Shown here one piece after another: positions 38,700 to 47,284 of a stretch of DNA of 53,068 bases. The translations under genes and the position numbers were made by a program. The stretch covers positions 1 through 53,068 of the forward strand of contig VFJJ01000075.1 of the NCBI GenBank assembly GCA_009886115.1, given 5' to 3'. The notes below the pieces were generated by a model. The model was given only the letters and a program-made list of their open reading frames with translations. It was not told where the DNA came from and searched no databases. Within the stretch, counting starts at the first letter, position 1. Each line of letters opens with the position of its first letter. The DNA comes from Actinomycetota bacterium (GTDB lineage: Bacteria > Actinomycetota > Acidimicrobiia > IMCC26256 > VFJJ01).

Positions 38700-38875
38700 G
38701 GGGGTCCCTCCGTGGTCGAGTGACTCGCGTCGAACCGTCCGGTTCACTGCCGATTCGTACCCTAAGACGCCCAGCCCCTCGCTGCGGTTCCCAGATCCCG
38801 CGAACACCGCAGATCTCCCGGTGGCCTCTCAAGTGCCTCTTCCCGAGGGCCGATGCTGCGGCTCATACTGCCGCG

Positions 38876-39043
38876 GTGAACACTCTCCCCGTTGTGCGCG
38901 GTGCCTTGGGCTACGTCGCCCGCCCCGGCCTCGGCCCCCTCGAGCGCTGCCGAGCCGGTACTGCCGGCGTGCTCCGCCTGATCCGCCGTGAGCACCGCCA
39001 GCTCGTCTGGCTCACCTCCCTGGCCCTCTTCATCACCCGCTGA
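38876..39043 (+). CDS. Possible leaderless 55-aa small protein
   Basis: CATACT -10 box 6 nt before GTG; hydrophobic C-terminus LVWLTSLALFITR. Confidence 0.35.
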   Translation: MNTLPVVRGALGYVARPGLGPLERCRAGTAGVLRLIRREHRQLVWLTSLALFITR

Positions 39044-39116
39044 TCCCGGCGAGTCCCTCGGCGCCACCGGGCGACGCGGGAGGGAAAACGGTTCGGGGGT
39101 CGCAGCGCAGCAGCGG

Positions 39117-39308
39117 TCACTCAGACGGTTGCTGGAACAGCTCGGGATGCTCGTCCACGGAGCGCTGCTCGGCTCGATCCTCGAGCCTGGTCACCGTGCT
39201 GATCCGCACGAGCCCGCGCTGGATCCGCTCCACCCAGTCCGGGGCATCGGGGCTCGACCCCAGGCGCACCGGAGCGGACGTGTCGATGAGCCAGCCTGTC
39301 CACGCCAC
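39117..39308 (-). pseudogene. vapC: Truncated VapC PIN toxin (VapC2/Rv0301-like)
   Basis: [38 protein letters not shown] matches the recalled VapC2 N-terminus; only 63 codons remain. Confidence 0.75.
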
Positions 39309-39424
39309 GCGCTGGCCATGACCTCGGGGTCCCCCAGGTCGGCGATGGTGTCGGCCAACGACGTGAGATCGGAGACGCAGACCTCGACCGACGTGGCCTG
39401 GCGCTCGCGGGCCAACGTGAGCAT
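39299..39424 (-). pseudogene. vapB: C-terminal remnant of a VapB antitoxin (VapB2/Rv0300-like)
   Basis: LARERQ...[23 protein letters not shown] resembles the recalled VapB2 end GLGDPELMRQAWR; N-terminus absent, expected stop reads GGA. Confidence 0.7.
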
Positions 39425-39487
39425 CAGCGTTCCCCGCAGTTGAGGTCAGCGTTCCACGCACAGATCATCAGCGTTTCGCGGTAGCAT
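39424..39487 (+). promoter_or_regulatory. Three direct repeats at 22-bp period followed by a -10 box
   Basis: TCAGCGTT at 39424, 39446 and 39468; TAGCAT at 39482-39487; GTG start 6 nt later. Confidence 0.7.
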
Positions 39488-39493
39488 CGAGCT

Positions 39494-40732
39494 GTGATCG
39501 AGCGTCATCTGTTGCGCGTGGCCGAGGAATCGTTGCGGGGGTTCCGGGTCACGGTCATCAACGGACCGAGGCAGTCTGGCAAGACGACCTTGGTGAAGCA
39601 GTTGGTCGAGGGGTCCGGGAGTTACTGGAGCCTGGATGACGAGTCGGTCCGTACCGCAGCCCGGCTGGACCCCCACGGGTTTGTCGAACAGGGCAGCTCT
39701 CCCATGGCGATCGACGAGGTGCAGCGCGGCGGCAACGATGTGGTGCTCGCGGTCAAGTCGACGGTCGACCGCCGCAAAGATCGTGGCCAGTTCGTATTGG
39801 CCGGGTCGACCCGCTTCTTGTCGGTGCCCCAGCTGTCGGAGTCGTTGGCTGGTCGTGCCGAGATCTTGGACCTCTGGCCGTTCTCGCAGGGAGAGCTGGC
39901 GGGTGTGCGCGAGACGTTCCTCGACACGTTGCTCAACGATCCCGATGAGCTGGTCCGTCGACGGTTCGAGACCGTCGATCGTCAGGTGTTGTTCGGTCGA
40001 GTGGTGCGGGGTGGATTTCCCGAGCTCATCGACGCGTCCTCGGCGCCGGCAGCGCGTTGGCATCGGAATTACCTGCGGACCGTGGTCGAGCGCGACGTCG
40101 TGGAGGCCTCGTCGATCACGCAGGCCGAGGAGCTGCCGAAGATGTTGCGCTTGCTCGCTGCGAACAGTTCGGGGGAGATGGTGACGGCTCGGCTCGCCGG
40201 CGATAGCGGGATGAGCGCGGACACGGTCGCTCGATACGTGGGCTTGCTGGAGCTCGTCGGGCTCGTGGTGCGGGTCAGGGCGTGGACACCGAGCCTGACG
40301 AGCCGCGAGAAGCGCCATTCGAAGGTGGTGATCGCCGATACCGGTCTGGCCTGCGCGTTGCTCGGCCGAAGTGCGAACGACCTCGGTATGGCGACGAGCT
40401 CGTTGACTGGTCCGATGCTCGAGTCCTTCGTGACGATGGAGCTGGTCAAGCAACGCGGCTGGTCGGACCGGCAACCGACGATTCGTCACTGGCGAGACCG
40501 CAACGGTGCCGAGGTCGATCTCATCGTCGAGGACGACAGCGGCCGAATCGCCGGTATCGAGGTGAAGGCCACATCCTCGGTGTCACGAGGCGACGTGAAG
40601 CACCTCCACGTTCTCCGCGACAAGCTCAGCGACCGGTTTGCTGCGGGTGTCGTGCTCTACCTCGGGGACCGGGTCGTGCCGCTCGGGGAGCGGATCTGGG
40701 CGCTCCCCGTCCCCATCCTCTGGGCAGACTGA
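39494..40732 (+). CDS. AAA_14 ATPase with DUF4143 / PD-(D/E)xK-like C-terminus
   Basis: GPRQSGKTT, IDEVQR, LAGS, ESLAGR, GGFPE, ADTGL, HWRDRNGAEVDLIVE...IEVK. Confidence 0.92.
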   Translation: MIERHLLRVAEESLRGFRVTVINGPRQSGKTTLVKQLVEGSGSYWSLDDESVRTAARLDPHGFVEQGSSPMAIDEVQRGGNDVVLAVKSTVDRRKDRGQFVLAGSTRFLSVPQLSESLAGRAEILDLWPFSQGELAGVRETFLDTLLNDPDELVRRRFETVDRQVLFGRVVRGGFPELIDASSAPAARWHRNYLRTVVERDVVEASSITQAEELPKMLRLLAANSSGEMVTARLAGDSGMSADTVARYVGLLELVGLVVRVRAWTPSLTSREKRHSKVVIADTGLACALLGRSANDLGMATSSLTGPMLESFVTMELVKQRGWSDRQPTIRHWRDRNGAEVDLIVEDDSGRIAGIEVKATSSVSRGDVKHLHVLRDKLSDRFAAGVVLYLGDRVVPLGERIWALPVPILWAD

Positions 40733-40884
40733 ATCGACCGTCGACCACCGGGGTTTGTAGCACGACGGCATAACGGAGTCGTTGGGCCCACTGCTTCGAA
40801 TCCGACGCGGGTCACGGGCTGGCCGCGCCCATGATGGCGGTCGTGCGCCCCTCAGGAACTCTGTAGGGCGGGGCTCATCAATCT

Positions 40885-40922
40885 GCTCTAGGTTCCCTGG
40901 CTCTAGGTTCCCTGGCTCTAGG
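40885..40922. repeat. 15-bp tandem repeat x2.5
   Basis: GCTCTAGGTTCCCTG x2 plus GCTCTAGG, upstream of the thiolase-like gene. Confidence 0.85.
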
Positions 40923-40959
40923 GCCGAGGAAGCGGACCAGATCACCCCGGGGGGAATGC

Positions 40960-42141
40960 ATGGCAGGAGGGGACAGGACGCCGGTCATCGTGGGGGTCGG
41001 GCTGAGTGACGCGCCGATCGCGCCGCATCTCGACGGCGTCGGCCATCACGTGCAGGCGATGCAGCGGGCGCTCGACGACTGCGGCCTGGCCAAGAGCGAG
41101 ATCGACGGGTACATGAGCGCCGGTGGAGCGGGGCCCATGGTCGACGACGCCGTGAACATGGCCGAGTACCTGAAGATCGAGCACCGCTACCTCGACGGCA
41201 CCATGACGGGCGGCTCGTCGTACGAGTTCCTCGTGCAGCACGCAGCGGCGGCCATCAAGGACGGGCTCTGCGACACCGTGCTGTGCACGTACGGCTCGAG
41301 CCTGCTCACGACGTCGGGACGGACGCTGGGGAGCAAGGGGTTCCACGTTCCCGGCCAGCGCGTCGCCGGTCCCACCAAGTGGGAGGCGCCGTACGGCAAC
41401 GTGCTCATCGGCTCGTACGCCATGGCGGCCAAGCGGCACATGCACCAGTACGGGACCAAGCCCGAGCACCTGGCCCAGATCGCCGTCGACGCCCGCTACC
41501 ACGCGTCGCTCAACCCGAACGCGCTCTACCGGACGCCGCTCACGATCGACGACGTGCTCGGCTCGAGGATGATCGCCGACCCGTTGCACAAGCTCGACTG
41601 CTGCGTGATCTCCGACGGCGGCGGTGCGTTCATCATGACGACCGCCGAACGGGCCCGCGACCTCAAGCAGGCGCCCATCTACATCCTGGGCGCGGCCGGC
41701 ACGTCGAGTCACTGGAGCATCAGCCAGATGGAGGACTTCACGACCACCGCTGCCGCGGTCGCCGGGCCGGAGGCCTTCCGGCGCGCCGGGCTCACGCCAG
41801 CCGACGTCGACGTGCTCCACTTCTACGACAGCTTCACGATCACGGCCTTGCTGATGCTCGAAGACCTGGGTTTCTGCGCCAAGGGCGAGGGCGGCCCGTT
41901 CGTCGAGGACGGCAAGCTCCGCATCGGCGGGTCGCATCCGATGAACCCCGACGGCGGCGGGCTGTCGTCGTGCCATCCCGGCATGCGGGGCATCTTCTTG
42001 CTCGTCGAGGCCGTTCGCCAGCTTCGGGGTCAGGCCGGTCCGTTCCAGGTGCCCGACGCCGAGGTCGCGATCGCTTGCGGATCGGGTGGCTGGCTGAGCT
42101 GTCTGGGCGTCGTGCTGCTCGGCAACCAGGCCCCGGCGTGA
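40960..42141 (+). CDS. Thiolase-like (SCP-x type) protein
   Basis: LDCCVISDGGGA, FYDSFT, NPDGGGLSSCHPGMRG. Confidence 0.9.
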   Translation: MAGGDRTPVIVGVGLSDAPIAPHLDGVGHHVQAMQRALDDCGLAKSEIDGYMSAGGAGPMVDDAVNMAEYLKIEHRYLDGTMTGGSSYEFLVQHAAAAIKDGLCDTVLCTYGSSLLTTSGRTLGSKGFHVPGQRVAGPTKWEAPYGNVLIGSYAMAAKRHMHQYGTKPEHLAQIAVDARYHASLNPNALYRTPLTIDDVLGSRMIADPLHKLDCCVISDGGGAFIMTTAERARDLKQAPIYILGAAGTSSHWSISQMEDFTTTAAAVAGPEAFRRAGLTPADVDVLHFYDSFTITALLMLEDLGFCAKGEGGPFVEDGKLRIGGSHPMNPDGGGLSSCHPGMRGIFLLVEAVRQLRGQAGPFQVPDAEVAIACGSGGWLSCLGVVLLGNQAPA

Positions 42142-42166
42142 GCACGGCAACGACGAGGAGCGTGCG

Positions 42167-42604
42167 ATGACCGTGAACATGAACCGCCGACCGCTGCCAC
42201 AGGTGGCCGACCCGATCGCCGAGGAGTTCTTCGCCGGCTGCGCCAGGGGCGAGTTGCTCGTCCAGCAGTGCAGCGCCTGCGGGCACCGCCAGTTCTATCC
42301 CCGCTGGTGCTGCACCCAGTGCGCGGGCGCCGTCGGATGGATCGTGGGCTCGGGACGGGGCACCGTCCACACGTACACGGTCATCCGCCAGAACCACGCC
42401 GAGCCGTATCGCTCGGAGCTGCCGTATGTGGTCGCCATGATCGATCTCGAGGAGGGCCCTCGCATGATGAGCAACGTCACCGACATCGACCCCGACACGG
42501 TCACCATCGGGATGCCCGTCGAGGTGCACTTCGCGGCGTCCGACGACGGCGACGTGCACCTCCCGTTCTTCCGCCCAGTCGACGCCTCGCGGAGCCCGCG
42601 ATGA
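42167..42604 (+). CDS. DUF35 Zn-ribbon/OB-fold protein
   Basis: QQCSACGHRQFYPRWCCTQC, DLEEGPRMMSNV. Confidence 0.9.
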   Translation: MTVNMNRRPLPQVADPIAEEFFAGCARGELLVQQCSACGHRQFYPRWCCTQCAGAVGWIVGSGRGTVHTYTVIRQNHAEPYRSELPYVVAMIDLEEGPRMMSNVTDIDPDTVTIGMPVEVHFAASDDGDVHLPFFRPVDASRSPR

Positions 42605-43860
42605 CGCGCACGACGAGGACCGAGACCGAATCCGAGGAAGAGTCCGAGTTCGTCGAGTTCCGGGCCCGAGCCCGCGAGTTCCTTGCGGCCCATGCCATTC
42701 CCAAGGGCCACCCCGACGACTTCTCCCAGGGTTACGGGGCCCATACCCTCGAAGGCGAGCGCCACTATCAGGAACGCTGCGCCTGGTGGCAGGGCCTGCT
42801 GTTCGAGCATGGCTGGGCTTGTCTCACCTGGCCCAAGGAATACGGCGGTCAGGGGCTCACGTCGAAGCACGCCCGGATCATCGCCCAGGAGCAGGGGCGT
42901 TACGGCGTCTCGAACGGGGCCTTTTCTGTCGGGATCGGGATGTTCGGGCCCACGATGCTGATGCACGGGACCGAGGAGCAGAAACGGCGATATCTCCTCC
43001 CGTTGGCCCGCGGCGAGGAAGTCTGGTGCCAGCTCTTCTCGGAGCCCGGTGCCGGTTCCGACCTGGCCGGCTTGCGCACCCGAGCCGATCTCGACGGCGA
43101 CCTCTACCTCGTCAACGGCCAGAAGGTGTGGAACTCGGGCGCCCATCTGGCCGACTGGGGCATCCTGCTGGCCCGCACCGACTGGGACGTCCCCAAGCAC
43201 AAGGGCATCACCTACTTCGTTGTCGACATGCACAGCCCCGGTATCGAGTGCCGGCCCATCAAGCAGATCACGGGCAGTGCGCATTTCAACGAGACGTTCC
43301 TCACCGATGTGCACATCCCCCGCGAGAACGTGCTCGGTGCGGTCAACGACGGTTGGCGGGTGGCCAACACCACGCTGTCGAACGAGCGGACCCTCATCGG
43401 CGGCAGCGGCGGAGGTGGGGGAGGAGGCATGCGCGATCTCCTGGCGCTGGTGCGCGAGCGCGGCCTCGCGGGCGATCCGGTGGTCCGACAGCGTGTGGCC
43501 AAGACCTACATGCGTCAAGAGATCCTTCGGTTCCTTGGCCTCAAGATGCAGGCCACCATGCGAGCCGGACGGGCACCGGCGGCCGAGGCGTCGATCATGA
43601 AGATCCTCATCGGCGACCATCTCCACGAGACGGCCGACCTCGCGCTCGCGCTTGAGGGACCGGCTGCGTCGTTGTCATCGACCGACGCGCCCCAGGGCGG
43701 GGCCTGGCAGCATCAGCTCCTCAACCAGTTCTCGACCAAGTTCGGCGGTGGTACCGAGCAGATCCAGCGCAACGTGATCGGCGAGCGGGTCCTGGGGCTG
43801 CCCAGCGACATCAGGGTCGACAAGGACCGCCCCTTCCGCGAGGTCGCCGGCCTGGCCTGA
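42601..43860 (+). CDS. Acyl-CoA dehydrogenase
   Basis: WCQLFSEPGAGSDLAGL, NGQKVWNS, GGTEQIQRNVIGERVLGLP; start overlaps the DUF35 stop. Confidence 0.93.
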   Translation: MTRTTRTETESEEESEFVEFRARAREFLAAHAIPKGHPDDFSQGYGAHTLEGERHYQERCAWWQGLLFEHGWACLTWPKEYGGQGLTSKHARIIAQEQGRYGVSNGAFSVGIGMFGPTMLMHGTEEQKRRYLLPLARGEEVWCQLFSEPGAGSDLAGLRTRADLDGDLYLVNGQKVWNSGAHLADWGILLARTDWDVPKHKGITYFVVDMHSPGIECRPIKQITGSAHFNETFLTDVHIPRENVLGAVNDGWRVANTTLSNERTLIGGSGGGGGGGMRDLLALVRERGLAGDPVVRQRVAKTYMRQEILRFLGLKMQATMRAGRAPAAEASIMKILIGDHLHETADLALALEGPAASLSSTDAPQGGAWQHQLLNQFSTKFGGGTEQIQRNVIGERVLGLPSDIRVDKDRPFREVAGLA

Positions 43861-43940
43861 GCGACGACGCTTCTGACCGACACGCCTACGACACCCGGCG
43901 GTCGGTCGGCTCGCCGGGGCGGGCGAGGTTCGGCGAGATC

Positions 43941-44789
43941 TCAGGTGAGGTTGGTGGGGGCGAAGCAGTGGAAGGCCACGGCGGAGGCTGCGGCGACGTT
44001 GAGCGAGTCGGTCCCGGTCGTCATCGGGATCCGGGCCCGATGTTGGGCCAGGGCGAGCGCCCCATCCGACAGCCCGGGACCCTCGGCGCCGACCATGAGC
44101 GCCAACGGCGGGTGCACGCTCCGCGCGACCGTCGTGATCGGTTCGGCCGAAGGGGCGGGCGTCAACGCCACGACGGTGTAGCCGGCGCCCGCGATGTCGA
44201 CGAGCGCCGATGGCCAGGCTTCGGCGCCGATGCGGGCGTGGGGCATCGTGAGGACATGGCCGATCGACACCCTCACACAGCGGCGGTACCACGGATCGCT
44301 GCAACGCGGATCGAGCAGGACCGCGTCGATGCCGAGGGCCGAGGCGTTGCGGAAGATCGAGCCCAGGTTCTCGTGGTCGTTGATCGCCTCGCAGACGACC
44401 ACCCGCTCCGACGTGGCGAGCAGCTCGGACATCGATCGGGGCGGGGGACGGTCGACGGCCGCCAGGACGCCGCGGTGCACCGAGAACCCCGAGACCCCGG
44501 CCAGCACGGCCTGCGGCGCCGCGTACACGGCGACCGTCGGGTCGAGCGATCGCTCCAGGACGCCTCGGTGCTGCTCGAGCTGGTGCGTCGACACGAGCAC
44601 CGAGCGGATGCGGAGCCCCGACATGAGCAGCCGAGTCAGGACCAGCGATCCCTCGGCAACGAAGAGCCCGTGCTCGGCCTCGTACGAGGCCCGCAGCTCG
44701 GCATCGGTGAGGTCGCGATACTCGGAGATCCGCGGATCGTCGGGATCGGTGACGGTGACGGTCGCCAGTGGGCGGGAAGGGGCCGGCAC
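43941..44789 (-). CDS. TrmH/SpoU RNA methyltransferase
   Basis: DHENLGSIFRNA, GAEGPGL, IPM...DSLNVAAA. Confidence 0.9.
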   Translation of the reverse strand: MPAPSRPLATVTVTDPDDPRISEYRDLTDAELRASYEAEHGLFVAEGSLVLTRLLMSGLRIRSVLVSTHQLEQHRGVLERSLDPTVAVYAAPQAVLAGVSGFSVHRGVLAAVDRPPPRSMSELLATSERVVVCEAINDHENLGSIFRNASALGIDAVLLDPRCSDPWYRRCVRVSIGHVLTMPHARIGAEAWPSALVDIAGAGYTVVALTPAPSAEPITTVARSVHPPLALMVGAEGPGLSDGALALAQHRARIPMTTGTDSLNVAAASAVAFHCFAPTNLT

Positions 44790-44791
44790 GC

Positions 44792-45622
44792 TCAGCCGAA
44801 GAAGCGGTACTTCTCGACGAACGCCTCGGCATCGGAACCCTCGGCCGCGACGCCCCCGAGCTCGGCCGCCTGTCGGGGACGTCCGGCCACCAGCAACGCC
44901 CACGCCGCTGCGTGGCCGGCGACCCGACCCGTGGCTGTCGGACGGTCGCTTCGCGTGGAACCGGTCTCGTCGGGGGTGACGGTGGCCAACCCGTCGACCA
45001 TCACGATGTCGAAGGTCCGGCCGTGGGTCCCGTGCAGCTCGACACGAAGCCGGGCGCCGTCACCCAGGCGGGCCTTCTTGGCGGCGCCCCAGCCGGCCAG
45101 GTCGACGGCTCGCTGGAGAACGCAGACCATCACGAGCGGCTCGCCGTCGACATCCAACGGGCGGCCCAGGCCGGCCCGGAGGTCGTAGAGGTGCACCCCG
45201 AGGTCGAACAGCCGGATGTCGGCCAGCCCGGCCTGGGTGGTCGGACCCAAGGGCCCGTTGGCGGTGCCGGCCCACCCGGCCTCATCGAGAGCTGCGAGCC
45301 TGTCGATCTGGGCCCGTCCCGCCCGCAGGGCCTCGTCGCCGATCTCGGTGTGGGTCCAATCCCGCCGGGCGACCACGCCGGTCTCGGTGAAGGCGTCGAG
45401 GCCCTCCTTGGGGTTCACCCAACCTTCAGGCGGCGATGGCTGCGGGAAGCCCTGGAAGCCGCCCTCGACCGCACCGAGATGGGCGACCAGATCGTGCACG
45501 TCCCAGTCGGGACAAGGCGTTCGCCGGGCCCAGTCGTCGTCGCCGATCGTGGGCACGATGTCGGCCACGGCGTCCCAGACCTGACGGAGGCCAGCCAACG
45601 AGTCAGCAGGGTTCAGCGGCAT
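44792..45622 (-). CDS. Mycothiol-dependent maleylpyruvate isomerase-family (DinB-like) protein
   Basis: TPCPDWDVHDLVAHL, RLFDLGVHLYDLR. Confidence 0.85.
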   Translation of the reverse strand: MPLNPADSLAGLRQVWDAVADIVPTIGDDDWARRTPCPDWDVHDLVAHLGAVEGGFQGFPQPSPPEGWVNPKEGLDAFTETGVVARRDWTHTEIGDEALRAGRAQIDRLAALDEAGWAGTANGPLGPTTQAGLADIRLFDLGVHLYDLRAGLGRPLDVDGEPLVMVCVLQRAVDLAGWGAAKKARLGDGARLRVELHGTHGRTFDIVMVDGLATVTPDETGSTRSDRPTATGRVAGHAAAWALLVAGRPRQAAELGGVAAEGSDAEAFVEKYRFFG

Positions 45623-45699
45623 GCACGGAGCATACGAGCCGCAACTCGCGGGTGACTGGAGGCGCGCTCACCGAGCGGAGCCAGCCTCACTCGGGGAGC

Positions 45700-47265
45700 T
45701 CAACCCTCGGGGAGCGCATCCGGCTGGGCGACCTCGCCGACGGTGCGCCGCAGCGGCTTCTCCTTCAGGAACAGCATGAACCCCAAGGCGGTGAGGCAGA
45801 TCGGTATCCCCACGACGTAGGTCGTGTGGATGGCGTCGGCGAACGACTCGATGACGCCGGTCCGGACCTCGGCGGGCAGGCTCCTGATCACCTTGGGTGA
45901 TCCTTGGAGGACCGACAGGTCGGGCAGGGTCGCCCGGGCCTCGGCCGAGATGTTCGCCTCCAGCCCCGACGAGAGTCGGCTGCTGAAGATCGCCGTGAAC
46001 ATGGCTGCGCCGAATGTGTTGCCGATGGCCCGGTAGAACTGGATCGACGAGGTGACGGCACCCATGTCGCGGTGCTCGACCACGTTCTGAGCTGCGAGCG
46101 TCGCGACGAGCATGATCGGCCCCATCCCCAGTCCCATCACGAACATCGGCGCGATCACCTCCCACGCCCCCGAGGTGGTGTCGAGTGTCGTCAGCCATGC
46201 GAAGGCGGCGGTCATGAGGCCGAGCCCGATGATCGGCACGGGCCGGTAGCGCTGGTACCGCACGATCAGCCGGCCGGCGGTGATCGACGCGCTGGTGGTG
46301 CCGAGCATCATCGGCATGATGAGCAGCCCCGAGTTCGTGGCCGAGACGCCCGTCACGACCTGGAGGAACAAGGGCAGGAACAGCGTGGCTCCGAACATGG
46401 CGCCACCGACCACGAACACTGCGGCGGCGATCGTGCGGTAGATGTCGATCCTGAAGAACCGCATGGGAATGATCGGCTCGGGAGCCCTCATCTCGTGGAG
46501 CACCAGGAGCACCGCGGCGACCAGCCCGAGGCCCAGGAGGCCGAGCGTGGTCGATGACCGCCAGCCGTGACGCTCGCCAGCCCAGACGAGAGCCAGCATC
46601 AGCGGCGTGACCGAGATCGTGATGAGCGCGGCCCCACCCCAGTCGACGGCGTGCTGTCGTGGAGGGTTTCGGTACGTGATGCGCGTCTGGACCACCGCGG
46701 CGGCCGCCAGTCCGACGGGGAGGTTGACCCAGAAGCACCAGTGCCAGGAGGCGTGGTCGACGATGAAGCCCCCGATCAGGGGTCCGGTGACAGCGGCCAG
46801 CGCGTACACGGCGCCGATGAAGCCGGCGTAGCGGCCGCGCTGGGCCGGCGAGACGATGTCGGCCATGATCGCCATGGGCAAAGACATGAGCCCGCCGCCG
46901 CCCAGCCCTTGCACGGAGCGGCTGATGATGAGCTGGCCCATGTCCTGTGAGAGCGCAGCGGCGACCGACCCCACGAGGAACAGCGCGATCGAGGCCTGCA
47001 TGACGGCCCGGCGACCGTAGAGATCGCTGATCTTGCCGGTGAGCGGTGTGGCGATCGTCGACGTGAGCAGGTAGCCGATCGACAGCCAGCCCAAGCGCGA
47101 CGCGCCGCCGAACTCGCCGGCGATGCGGGGGAGCGCGGTCTGGAGGATCGTGGCGTCGAGCCCGGCCATGAAGCTCGCCGCCCCCAGCGCCACCAGCACC
47201 AGCATGACCTGCCGATGGCTGAACTCGCCGACCTGCGGCGGCTCAGCTCTCGTGCGGGCCGGCAT
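45700..47265 (-). CDS. DHA2 (14-TM) MFS efflux transporter
   Basis: LDATILQTALP, GKISDLYGRR, QGLGGGGL, WHWCFWVNLP. Confidence 0.92.
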   Translation of the reverse strand: MPARTRAEPPQVGEFSHRQVMLVLVALGAASFMAGLDATILQTALPRIAGEFGGASRLGWLSIGYLLTSTIATPLTGKISDLYGRRAVMQASIALFLVGSVAAALSQDMGQLIISRSVQGLGGGGLMSLPMAIMADIVSPAQRGRYAGFIGAVYALAAVTGPLIGGFIVDHASWHWCFWVNLPVGLAAAAVVQTRITYRNPPRQHAVDWGGAALITISVTPLMLALVWAGERHGWRSSTTLGLLGLGLVAAVLLVLHEMRAPEPIIPMRFFRIDIYRTIAAAVFVVGGAMFGATLFLPLFLQVVTGVSATNSGLLIMPMMLGTTSASITAGRLIVRYQRYRPVPIIGLGLMTAAFAWLTTLDTTSGAWEVIAPMFVMGLGMGPIMLVATLAAQNVVEHRDMGAVTSSIQFYRAIGNTFGAAMFTAIFSSRLSSGLEANISAEARATLPDLSVLQGSPKVIRSLPAEVRTGVIESFADAIHTTYVVGIPICLTALGFMLFLKEKPLRRTVGEVAQPDALPEG

Positions 47266-47284
47266 CACGGGCGTGTTCAGCCCA

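Noticed and set aside
40795..40816. TTCGAATCC T-loop-like motif as a tRNA or att-site remnant
   Set aside because: No complementary T-stem 5' arm and no cloverleaf; no integrase nearby
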